Source: a plasmid
Direction: 5' to 3' (one strand)
Sequence record: NZ_CP028352.1
Length of the DNA stretch: 64,000 bases
The translations under genes and the position numbers were made by a program. Under the pieces are notes generated by a model that searched no databases, was not told the DNA's origin, and worked only from the letters and a program-made list of their open reading frames with translations. Below, piece by piece: positions 50,051-58,633 of this stretch; positions within the stretch are counted from its first letter, which is position 1; every line of letters begins with the position of its first letter.

Positions 50051-50560
50051 CTACAAAAGGAAATTAAGTCTTTCCGGGCTGGCCCATTCATTGGAATGGA
50101 CCAGCACAGACTGCTCAGTGTCACTGTGCGCTATGTGGATTGAAACCGTCAGGGATGCCCGTTCACGACCACGCGAAAGCGCAGTGCTAATCTTCTCCAG
50201 CGGCAGGTAAAGCCCGACGGAACGCCCCGGGGCCTGCATGGATACATCGAATTTGTACGTAGGGGTATAACGGTAACGCACCACAATTCCGACTTTGCAC
50301 TGTCCCGGCCAGTGAAGTGAGTCAAACAGTTGCTCCTTTCGCTGTCCCGCCTCCCGGCAGGTTCCCCTGATGTGTTGCAGGCCATGACGTAGCCTCCGGA
50401 CATCTTCCGCGCACCGATATTGCGTGCCGGCAAGAGAGGACCTTGAGATCAGGGTAATAACGGGCACGTTGTTAAAGAGCTGGACCCCGAAAAAAGATAA
50501 TGGGATGCCCTGCGCGATTGCGCATAATTGACAAAATAAGAGAGCCGGTATTAAAGACAC
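50051..50560 (-). CDS. Hypothetical protein (start uncertain)
   Basis: ORF only. Confidence 0.3.
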   Translation of the reverse strand: MSLIPALLFCQLCAIAQGIPLSFFGVQLFNNVPVITLISRSSLAGTQYRCAEDVRRLRHGLQHIRGTCREAGQRKEQLFDSLHWPGQCKVGIVVRYRYTPTYKFDVSMQAPGRSVGLYLPLEKISTALSRGRERASLTVSIHIAHSDTEQSVLVHSNEWASPERLNFLL

Positions 50561-50576
50561 CGGCAGGATTACTTAT

Positions 50577-50783
50577 TTAATCTTTGCCGTTATCTTCAGC
50601 AGTAAAACGTTGCCCTGGTGAGGCGAGTGAATCATAAAGCTTCAGATGATCTTCCAGCCGAAATAGTGCTTCTGTTGTTTTTGCTCGACCTGACCTTTTA
50701 GCAGAGGCTGTCAGAAGATCATTAAGTTCAGACGGCATGTACAGCATCATAGCGACGCCTTTCTGAGATTTGCTTGCCGCCAT
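50577..50783 (-). CDS. Arc/MetJ-type ribbon-helix-helix DNA-binding protein, 68 aa
   Basis: MMLYMPSELNDLLTASAKRSGRAKTTEALFRLEDHL looks like an Arc-like RHH. Confidence 0.5.
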   Translation of the reverse strand: MAASKSQKGVAMMLYMPSELNDLLTASAKRSGRAKTTEALFRLEDHLKLYDSLASPGQRFTAEDNGKD

Positions 50784-50940
50784 ATGTACTCCGAGTTCGA
50801 ATTTTGTAAGGATTAAGTAAGTGATGCGTATTAGATAAGATTGGTCCTAAAATTCAAACTACCTAAAAAGATACTGGATAAATAAACAGTAGCGTTGAGG
50901 ATAGTCAAAAATAATAAAAAACAATTATTATCAGACAGTT

Positions 50941-50974
50941 AATAACAAAAAAGGCGCAAAAAATAATTTGCGCC
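50941..50974 (-). terminator. Rho-independent terminator after the LuxR-like gene
   Basis: GGCGCAAA-AAATAA-TTTGCGCC followed by a T run on the minus strand. Confidence 0.65.
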
Positions 50975-51013
50975 ATGATTTAAAAAACCTTACAGAAGCT
51001 TAACTGTCCTTAA

Positions 51014-51541
51014 CTAACACAAATCCAGAATAAACCGACTTGTAATTAACACCCTGAGCAGGATCTCGGATGCAACCCCCATAGCTGTCATTGCTTCAGC
51101 AAGAAGTTGTTCAATCTGAGCAACAGAGAAACGACCTTTGACAGCTATCTCAGCTGCAGGAAACCCCACTGAGTAGAGAATCGCACCCAGCATTTGGTTT
51201 TTGTTAAGCTCGGGGAAAAAAGGTTTAAGAGAGATAAGGGCTTCGGTACGTAATGAAGTAAATAGTTCATCACAATTAATACTGTACTTTGCGCAGATCT
51301 GACGGAAAGTGAAGCCAGCCCAAAACACAGTTTTGAGCTCAGGAAGGGAATCAGTATTGAAATGCTTCTGTACAGACTCCAGTGACTTTTTGACTGTGAC
51401 AGGAGCGATTTCAAGAAGGCTTGAGATGTCCTGATTATTTGCCCCTATAGAATAGAAACAAACGTTTGTAGCCTGCTTTGGGGTTAACGCAGGAAAATAC
51501 TTGCACAATTGTGCATATACAATAGGATCCACGGCAGCCAT
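51014..51541 (-). CDS. LuxR/GerE-type HTH regulator-like protein, 175 aa
   Basis: LTPKQATNVCFYSIGANNQDISSLLEIAPVTVKKSL looks like an HTH. Confidence 0.4.
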   Translation of the reverse strand: MAAVDPIVYAQLCKYFPALTPKQATNVCFYSIGANNQDISSLLEIAPVTVKKSLESVQKHFNTDSLPELKTVFWAGFTFRQICAKYSINCDELFTSLRTEALISLKPFFPELNKNQMLGAILYSVGFPAAEIAVKGRFSVAQIEQLLAEAMTAMGVASEILLRVLITSRFILDLC

Positions 51542-51650
51542 AGCAGCCTCCTAGTCAGGTTGATGTGGTTAGCTGGTTGTACAGGGGTCCAGCCTGTGCA
51601 ATCAGCGACATAGAACTTTAATTTGAGTTATGTCTTCGTTTTTAATCTCC

Positions 51651-53609
51651 TTACGGTCGTGGTAAATCTATATTCACAGGGCGCAATTCATCATCGCTGC
51701 TGAACTGAACCTGTTTCTGCTCCGGCTGCACTCCAGATTGGCTTAAGCTCATTTCGGTAGAGCGCACGCTGGCCATCTGTTCTGGATCGCTGACTTGGAA
51801 GATTTTCCCGTCTCGCTTATTCAGGTTCCTTACGACACCTGAATACAACACACGATTTACAGCCTTCTGCTCACCGCTAAGCGTTGTACTATCACCGCTG
51901 CGCCATGCGGTAAGCTCTGCGGCTAAATCATTATTGTAACGATCTGATTTACTATCAGGCGCTGCATAGACTTCTACTCTGTCACCAAAATCGGTCACAG
52001 CAGGTTTACCGTCTCGCAGATAGCTTACAGTGCCGTTACGCAGCAGACGCGTCTCATGCTCGCTTGATTTAAATGTCGGCACATTGTCACCCGGGCCAAA
52101 ATGAATAATGGCATTCGGTTCTGGCCACGCTCCTTTTTGTTCACGCGCAGCCCGCTTCTCACGATAGGCCCAGCCGCGCATCTGACTAAGTGCTGCTGCG
52201 TCTCCTTTAAGCGCTTCGCGTTCAACCCATGACTTCCAGCTCAGAGGTCGGTTAGCACCGGTTTTACTCAGGGCTTGACGTTCCTCGCGCAGCTGTAACC
52301 TTAGTTCAGCCATTGCTTTCATCTTTTCAAACTCAGCCACACGAAACATCAGCTTGCGCATCAACGGATCTCTGACCGTGTCACGAACGTGCGCTTTAAC
52401 CACAACACAATGTGATGCTATCTGCCGGAAGCGTTCACTGACACGCAGGTCAGGTTTCTCCCAGCTGCTGCGATAGGCATCATAGCGTGCGCGAAGGATG
52501 TCGCGGGCAATCGCACGAGCTTCGCGACGCTCTCTCCGCGCTTCCTGATCACGTACGTGCAGCTGCGGCATGTAGCAAGTGTCCATCCCGAGTATCCCGT
52601 CTTCTGGGCGGTCTGGATTGCCAACTGGCGGAGCAGGCTGATACTCACCATAACGACGATTCATCTCCGGTAGACTGATGGCCGGGTGAACGTCAGAGGC
52701 TTTAACGCTTACACCCTCAGGATTAAAGAGATCGTAAATCGCCAGACCGCCGCTCTGCTCGCGCACACCGAGGCCCTTCGTGTAAAGCACATTATGGAGC
52801 ATATCCCAGCTCAGAATCTCTCGCTCTGCAACCGTTGTGATCTTCTGACGTATCTCGCGAACGGCATAGCCGTGCAGGCTTTCCTTGTCAGAAAAGATTT
52901 CACGCTTCGCTGCACCCTGAGGCGCCGCTGGCATGTCCCGCTTAGTGCGATGAAGGTCGCCATACTCGTCCATTTGCCAGCTGCCGTTATCGACTTTAAA
53001 ACCGAGATCACGCTCAAGTATTCTGCAGCACTTCTGAAGCGTGTCGGCATCGTTCCAAATATTCTGCGCGCGGAAGGTTGCCGGATGAACGCGGTTAGCT
53101 GATACATGGCAATGCACATTGTCTGTATCGAGGTGAATGGCGGCCACGTACTGATGGTCCTCCATACCCAGCTGCTTCAGACTATGGCGTACAGATTTAA
53201 AAATCGCGTCAGGCGAAGGCTTCTCTTCGCTCTGCCAGGAAAGGATAAAGTGATAAACCGCATCTTTACACTTACGGTTTTGTGCCGCCGTCATGTTCAT
53301 CTCTGCCGCTGCGGTTTCGAGCGAAAAGCAGTTGGTTTCGCAAAGCACCTCACCAGAGAGCACGCGCTGAATGCCCTCTGGTGAAACACTGACGATCTCA
53401 CTATCTGATGCCGATTTTTTTCGGCCTACATAGTCAACCAGCTGGCCGAACCCGGGAGTGGAAACATACTCAGCGGACGTATCGAGAACTGGCTTATTCG
53501 GCTCAACTGCATCCGTATTTTTTTTCCCCTCACGCTTGCTGACGTATTCAACCAGCGTTTTAAAGCTGGTCTTCTTGTCACGACGCTTTAGAGGAATAAT
53601 CACGTTCAT
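51651..53609 (-). CDS. nikB: MOBP-family relaxase (NikB-like), 652 aa
   Basis: His-triad motif AAIHLDTDNVHCHVSANRVHP; HFILSW. Confidence 0.85.
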   Translation of the reverse strand: MNVIIPLKRRDKKTSFKTLVEYVSKREGKKNTDAVEPNKPVLDTSAEYVSTPGFGQLVDYVGRKKSASDSEIVSVSPEGIQRVLSGEVLCETNCFSLETAAAEMNMTAAQNRKCKDAVYHFILSWQSEEKPSPDAIFKSVRHSLKQLGMEDHQYVAAIHLDTDNVHCHVSANRVHPATFRAQNIWNDADTLQKCCRILERDLGFKVDNGSWQMDEYGDLHRTKRDMPAAPQGAAKREIFSDKESLHGYAVREIRQKITTVAEREILSWDMLHNVLYTKGLGVREQSGGLAIYDLFNPEGVSVKASDVHPAISLPEMNRRYGEYQPAPPVGNPDRPEDGILGMDTCYMPQLHVRDQEARRERREARAIARDILRARYDAYRSSWEKPDLRVSERFRQIASHCVVVKAHVRDTVRDPLMRKLMFRVAEFEKMKAMAELRLQLREERQALSKTGANRPLSWKSWVEREALKGDAAALSQMRGWAYREKRAAREQKGAWPEPNAIIHFGPGDNVPTFKSSEHETRLLRNGTVSYLRDGKPAVTDFGDRVEVYAAPDSKSDRYNNDLAAELTAWRSGDSTTLSGEQKAVNRVLYSGVVRNLNKRDGKIFQVSDPEQMASVRSTEMSLSQSGVQPEQKQVQFSSDDELRPVNIDLPRP

Positions 53610-53950
53610 TAGTCTTCTAATTCCTTTGCTTCTACTGGCGTCATGTCCAGTGCATTGATTGCTGTTACGATCCCTGAAAGGACCTCCGAGAACTGACGAC
53701 TTAGTTCCGTAGTCATCTGTTCCTGCATTTGCGTATACAGGTGTTTCTGTAAACCCCCCAGACGTTTCAGCTCATTCATCATGCGAATGTCTGTACGCAC
53801 CTGAATACGTCGGTTCAGCGCGGTACGCCTGAGATATTCTGAAGTCGTCAGTCCGGCCACTATGGCTTTTTTAGTAATGGCTTCATAGTCATCTTCCGAA
53901 CAACGAAACTTGATCCATTTGTCCTTCTGACCGGACTTACTATTCGACAT
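53609..53950 (-). CDS. nikA: Relaxosome accessory RHH protein (NikA/MobC-like), 113 aa
   Basis: Small basic protein that overlaps the relaxase start. Confidence 0.6.
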   Translation of the reverse strand: MSNSKSGQKDKWIKFRCSEDDYEAITKKAIVAGLTTSEYLRRTALNRRIQVRTDIRMMNELKRLGGLQKHLYTQMQEQMTTELSRQFSEVLSGIVTAINALDMTPVEAKELED

Positions 53951-53959
53951 AATTCAACC

Positions 53960-54160
53960 TTAACTCGGGACCGGGGTGTCGGGGCGAAGCCCTGACCAGG
54001 CGTTTTGGGAATCACAGTCAGCGTGCTGATTGTGGTCACAAAACATTTCCTGTCCCGTTATTTAATTAACTTTCGTTATTTTGCCATTTAGCTGTTTAGA
54101 AGTAAACCGACGTCATGTAGGGATGGGTATGGAAATTGCCACTGAAATCGAGCAAAATCA
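53960..54160. other. Candidate oriT
   Basis: Intergenic region upstream of nikA with the inverted repeat GTCGGGGCGAAGCCCTGAC (53978-53996) and an AT-rich segment. Confidence 0.5.
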
Positions 54161-54181
54161 TGCTTTCACCAATATGAGAGA

Positions 54182-54511
54182 ATGAATGACATGGCGACAG
54201 GTAATTTTTTTACACAAGAGCAACTTGATGAGGCTCGCAGGAAGCTTGAAAATCTTCCAGATTTGACACCTCAGCGCATTACACGAGATGGTGCACTGGA
54301 AAATCTGAAAGATACCATTCTTGTACTGGCAAAAGAGAAGGGTTACACAGTGGCGGATATTAAATCGGCATTGGATGCGATGGAGTTCCGATTCAGTGAG
54401 AAAGCGATCTCCGGTGTGATAAACGAAGGTGGTGGTAAGAAAAGGCGACAACCTCGCAAGGCAGAACCGGCCCAGATTAAAACTAGTTCGCATGACAGCC
54501 AGAGAGCATAA
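54182..54511 (+). CDS. Hypothetical protein, 109 aa, with a basic C-terminal tail
   Basis: ORF divergent from nikA across the putative oriT. Confidence 0.4.
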   Translation: MNDMATGNFFTQEQLDEARRKLENLPDLTPQRITRDGALENLKDTILVLAKEKGYTVADIKSALDAMEFRFSEKAISGVINEGGGKKRRQPRKAEPAQIKTSSHDSQRA

Positions 54512-54597
54512 AGAAAATATCCGGCAGGAATTATATTTCCTTGCCGGATAGTTTTATATCAGTAAGTAGGCCGGTGTTTATTCATCCTATCAAAGTG

Positions 54598-55170
54598 TCA
54601 GTCGAAGACCTTTCGGTTATAAACAACTTTAAAATCGCTGTACTCCGGTCCATCACGCAGCGGTTCCAGCCGCACAACATTTTCCGCAATGCCGTTCATG
54701 GTCAGAACGCGTTCGATTCCTGTATGCCAGTCTTCTGCATCGTTCAGGGGAAACCAGAGGTTATTGTTGATCCCGCTCAATAGTGGGTCACAACAGATAT
54801 GAATGCCGCGCCCGTGGCGGGCATTACCGCTGCATGTAACAATCAGTTCACCACGAACTTCGCGCGTTAGTGACGAGTTAACTAACTTTTCTACCACGTC
54901 ATCCCAGTTCCAGTCCTCATCATCCGGCACCGGAAGTTCGACGAATCGCAATGATTTACACCCCGCGCGCGCCATGCTCTGCGCGAGTTCGAAAACTGAA
55001 GGTTCACCACACGAAGCATCTGCGCTGGTGATCCAGTTGCCGTGATGGAAAAACGCTTCATCGCCATTATCCAGACGAATAAACGTGTACTCTCCCAGCA
55101 CACGAATGATGTCATTCTGGGTCACGCGTGACGGTGTGACGGAAAAGTTCAGAGGGGTTGTACTACTCAT
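54598..55170 (-). CDS. Hypothetical leading-region protein, 190 aa
   Basis: ORF only. Confidence 0.45.
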   Translation of the reverse strand: MSSTTPLNFSVTPSRVTQNDIIRVLGEYTFIRLDNGDEAFFHHGNWITSADASCGEPSVFELAQSMARAGCKSLRFVELPVPDDEDWNWDDVVEKLVNSSLTREVRGELIVTCSGNARHGRGIHICCDPLLSGINNNLWFPLNDAEDWHTGIERVLTMNGIAENVVRLEPLRDGPEYSDFKVVYNRKVFD

Positions 55171-55316
55171 GCATTTTTCTCCATAGCAGCATTAACGGTC
55201 GTGATAAATTGCTGCCACATAGCAAACGGCATCGCCGGAACGTGGGCCATCTGACCTGAGCGTAAAGCATTTACAAACAGCATCGCATGTGCGACGATTT
55301 GCGGGTCAAAAATCAT
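55167..55316 (-). CDS. Small ORF, 49 aa, translationally coupled (ATGA) to the 190-aa gene
   Basis: MIFDPQIVAHAMLFVNALRSGQMAHVPAMPFAMWQQFITTVNAAMEKNA; below the 60-aa cutoff of the ORF track. Confidence 0.3.
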   Translation of the reverse strand: MIFDPQIVAHAMLFVNALRSGQMAHVPAMPFAMWQQFITTVNAAMEKNA

Positions 55317-55400
55317 ATAACTCTCCTGAGAGCCTGGTTTTGATAAGGCAACCAGGTAGGACTGGTTGCCGTGGAATAAGCAGGGGTAACCCTGCTTTTT

Positions 55401-55940
55401 TTACGCCTGTATATTGCCGCTCTGCTCCAGTTCTGAGGTCAGCCATTGACTGGCGCTGAACCATGCTTTTTCACCCTTAAGCCCGAAATGTGCCAGCGCG
55501 ATACGTCCTGCTTCTGCCCAGACTTCTGACTCATCAGCCGGAAGCACAACCGAATTTTCAGGAACTCGCTGCACGACCGCACTGGCTAAGTCATTCAGGA
55601 TTTGAGCCATTAAATCCCGGCGCTGTTTAAGCGTCATCGTAACTTCATTGATATCCGTCAGTGCCTTTAGCTGCTGATTTAGCGGCTGGAGAACGCCACG
55701 GCTATTGATGTACTTACGCAGCCAGTAGCCCGCATCATGTTCAAAGCTGAATGCACGCCAGATAAGTGCACCGGACGACTCACGCACGGCCAGACGGAAG
55801 TGACTGCCCTGATCGTCTTCAATGAAAACGTTGCTGAAAGCAGCCGTAATTTTTACAGCCTGCTCGCGTGTAAACGCGTCGTCGCCCAGCGCTGCTACGC
55901 AGCGCATGTCGGTGGTGGTGCCCGTCTGGGTCGAAGTCAT
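55401..55940 (-). CDS. Hypothetical leading-region protein, 179 aa (start at MTSTQTG)
   Basis: ORF immediately downstream of ssi-like repeat copy 1. Confidence 0.5.
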   Translation of the reverse strand: MTSTQTGTTTDMRCVAALGDDAFTREQAVKITAAFSNVFIEDDQGSHFRLAVRESSGALIWRAFSFEHDAGYWLRKYINSRGVLQPLNQQLKALTDINEVTMTLKQRRDLMAQILNDLASAVVQRVPENSVVLPADESEVWAEAGRIALAHFGLKGEKAWFSASQWLTSELEQSGNIQA

Positions 55941-55989
55941 GATGTGCTCCTGTCTGAAATTAATGATCCGGCTGACCGCCGCGCGGTGC

Positions 55990-56437
55990 CCGAAAAGCCC
56001 TTCTCTGACGCGGTCTTTTTCTTTCCGGTCTGGCCTTTCGCGGCAAGGGCAAAGGAGCAACGACGAAGTGAAGGCATAAAGGGGCGACGACAAAAAGTTT
56101 TTGAGGCCTTTCGCAAAAAGTTTTTTTCGGCGTGCACTTCACCCCTTTTTGACTGAACCGGCGGTGCTACGACCAGCCCTCCAGCGCAAGGGCTGGCCGG
56201 AAGGCAGGGAGCGTCAGAAGGGATGTTTCAGACCGCCCGGCGGGCTGCCCTTAAAGTCCCGGCGGGGTTTGCCGGGACGGTGAAAGCGTCGGCGCAGCCG
56301 GCAGCAGCTTTTGACCCTGGACATCAGACCGAAACCGCTTGCGGCCGAAACCCGCAGGGGTTCGGTGGCGCTTGCCGGCTTGCCGGTTAGCGACATAGGG
56401 CTCGACGACCCGGCTTGCCGGGGAGCCGAAGGGGGCC
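55990..56437. repeat. ssi/Frpo-like leading-region repeat, copy 1 (about 450 bp)
   Basis: Shares long colinear blocks with 60359-60818 (listed in the findings). Confidence 0.7.
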
Positions 56438-56440
56438 CAA

Positions 56441-56470
56441 GCTGTTGCTGTTGCTGTTGCTGTTGCTGTT
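56441..56470. repeat. Hexanucleotide tandem repeat (GCTGTT)x5
   Basis: Direct reading of the sequence. Confidence 0.9.
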
Positions 56471-56644
56471 AATGCGACTTTATCGACGACGGGAAGAAAC
56501 AGCGGGTCTGAGAATTACTAGAGCAGATTGAGTCGAACGTTTGAAGGACATAAGCAGCTTAACGGGAACGGCCGGTGCGGCAGCACCGGCTATTCTATGC
56601 CCGCAGGGCGGCGGTGTTGCCGTTCCAATGCCGGCATACAATGC

Positions 56645-56671
56645 ATAAAAAACCGCGCCATAAGGCGCGGT
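56645..56671 (-). terminator. Rho-independent terminator after higA
   Basis: ACCGCGCC-ATAA-GGCGCGGT followed by a T run on the minus strand. Confidence 0.65.
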
Positions 56672-56692
56672 CTATGAGTTGCGTTGCGGTGT

Positions 56693-57010
56693 TTACTTGC
56701 CCGGCCGTTCTTCTGCAGAAGCGGCCAGCACACCCGGATGCAGATGCACCCCGGAAACGTCCGTATTTTCACGCGCTTTGTGCAGATCGCAGGCGGCCTG
56801 CATGGATAACCAGAGCCGCGCTGAAATACCCAGCCCCGCCTCCAGTCTCACCGCCATTTCCGGGCTGACCGACGCCTTACCGCTGGCGACCTTGCTGAGC
56901 GCCGAAGCTGATACGCCCAGCTCTTTCGCCAGTACGCGCAGGCCAATATTGTTATCTTCAATGTACTCGGTGATCAGGCCGCCCGGATGCGGGGGATTAA
57001 ACATGGCCAT
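56693..57010 (-). CDS. higA: HigA-family antitoxin (XRE HTH), 105 aa
   Basis: ITEYIEDNNIGLRVLAKELGVSASALSKVASGKASVSPEMAVRLEAGLGISARLWL. Confidence 0.8.
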   Translation of the reverse strand: MAMFNPPHPGGLITEYIEDNNIGLRVLAKELGVSASALSKVASGKASVSPEMAVRLEAGLGISARLWLSMQAACDLHKARENTDVSGVHLHPGVLAASAEERPGK

Positions 57011-57291
57011 CAGTGATAGTCCTCCAAGTTGAGAATGTAAGCATCACCGTCTGTAAATTCGAACGTAATGCGCCAGTTGGCTCTTACCGTAATTGAATAA
57101 AGATTTTTCCTGTCCCCTTTCAGGGGATGGAAGCGAAAGCCCGGATAGTTTTTAAATTCATCCGTCGATACCGCTTCATTAATCACCAGCAGGCGAAGCC
57201 TGATGCGTTCAGCATCTTTCGACTGTACACCGCTCACATCACCTTTCTCAAAAAGTTTCTGTAAACCCTTATGCTTCCAGCTCTTTATCAC
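57010..57291 (-). CDS. higB: HigB-family toxin (RelE/ParE superfamily), 93 aa with GTG start
   Basis: (M)IKSWKHKGLQKLFEKG...WRITFEFTDGDAYILNLEDYH; ATGA overlap with higA. Confidence 0.75.
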   Translation of the reverse strand: MIKSWKHKGLQKLFEKGDVSGVQSKDAERIRLRLLVINEAVSTDEFKNYPGFRFHPLKGDRKNLYSITVRANWRITFEFTDGDAYILNLEDYH

Positions 57292-58094
57292 GATAGTGCT
57301 CCGTGTTTCGTCTTGAGAAACATTATAGCATGCGTTTCGCATGGAGAAACAGTTTTATCTTTATTTTTCACGCTTGGTTGCTGTAATTTGTTCGGTATAA
57401 GCCATCGATTCATCTCGCGCTGCATGGTGTCGATATGCGGCACGCGCTGTTGAATCTCCCAGGCTACGTCACAAGCTGCATCTGAAGAGTACAACTGAAG
57501 GGTTTCAAGTCCGGCCAGCGACGGAAACCGGCACGACCAGACCCTGATCATATTTTTCAGATCGTGTTCCGGCACGAAGCCGCACCAGGCAGTAAACCAG
57601 CTGCGTAGAGTATCAGGCGTTCGGAAAGCCAGTTCTATTTCTGCCTGGCAGATGCGATTTTCCAGCTGGCGCGCCCGGTAGTCCTCCGCCTGCCTTTCAC
57701 GCCGCACTATACGGCTCACGCTTTTTTGTGCTGCATGTTCAGCACGTTCTGAGCGACGGAAAGCGGCTTCAGGAAACAATATCGTCGCAAGTTCTCCCGG
57801 CAGCGGCAGCGGACACACATCACCTGCCGTTCTAAGAAACGTATCCAGGGCGCTTTCCCATTCCGGCAGCGGCGCACGCTTCTCGCGCGGCCGCAGATAA
57901 ATTCCTCTGATACGGTTCAGCGCCCGGACGCTGATGCGACTCGCGCCACTCAGCTGCTTCATAAAAGCGGCCGCGTAGGGATGGCGGGCAAGTCGTGTCC
58001 CCCGCTGCTGGGCGTGCTCTACGATTGCGATTGCCTGAAGTGCGGCCTGTCGTTCTGGCAACAGCGGCATCAGTGCCAGTGAGGATGGGATCAT
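57288..58094 (-). CDS. Hypothetical protein, 268 aa
   Basis: Arg-rich ORF whose stop overlaps the higB GTG. Confidence 0.45.
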   Translation of the reverse strand: MIPSSLALMPLLPERQAALQAIAIVEHAQQRGTRLARHPYAAAFMKQLSGASRISVRALNRIRGIYLRPREKRAPLPEWESALDTFLRTAGDVCPLPLPGELATILFPEAAFRRSERAEHAAQKSVSRIVRRERQAEDYRARQLENRICQAEIELAFRTPDTLRSWFTAWCGFVPEHDLKNMIRVWSCRFPSLAGLETLQLYSSDAACDVAWEIQQRVPHIDTMQREMNRWLIPNKLQQPSVKNKDKTVSPCETHAIMFLKTKHGALS

Positions 58095-58537
58095 GCGGCG
58101 TGTCCTCCCATCTTCATCGCGGCAACAAGCTCCCCAGCGCCGGTAAAGCCGGCCCGCGTGTACTCAGCAATTACCGACAGTTTTTCCTGTAGTGCCATCG
58201 GATCAAGCTGGTTGCTGACGTACAGGCGCAGACGGCTGCGGGTGCGACTGTCTGCCACTACCGCACACCATGCGGGCCAGCAGGCAGACGGGCTTACCAG
58301 CTCAACGGCGATCTCTTCCATTTCTGGCTGCGACAGTCGCAGATGTATGGGATAAGCCCCGCCCCATTCACCGCGCATCTCGCAATCCATGCGCCAGCTG
58401 TCTGGCAGCTTCAGCGCACTGTGTACCAGGCCGCACATGCGAAGGCGCGCAGCTTCTCCGTGTTCGCTCAGTTCTTCAAGATCGCAGCCTGAAAACGTCT
58501 GCAATGCATTTAGGGTAAATTGTTCGTCTCGGATCAT
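58091..58537 (-). CDS. Hypothetical protein, 148 aa
   Basis: ORF with ATGA overlap to the downstream gene. Confidence 0.45.
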   Translation of the reverse strand: MIRDEQFTLNALQTFSGCDLEELSEHGEAARLRMCGLVHSALKLPDSWRMDCEMRGEWGGAYPIHLRLSQPEMEEIAVELVSPSACWPAWCAVVADSRTRSRLRLYVSNQLDPMALQEKLSVIAEYTRAGFTGAGELVAAMKMGGHAA

Positions 58538-58633
58538 TATGTTTTGCTCTGTTTCGCGGTTCGTGGCTCCGGCCCGGTTATCGAGCCGGAGAGGTTTCCG
58601 GCAGGGGTCAACCCTGCCAGCCTGGCTGGATGG

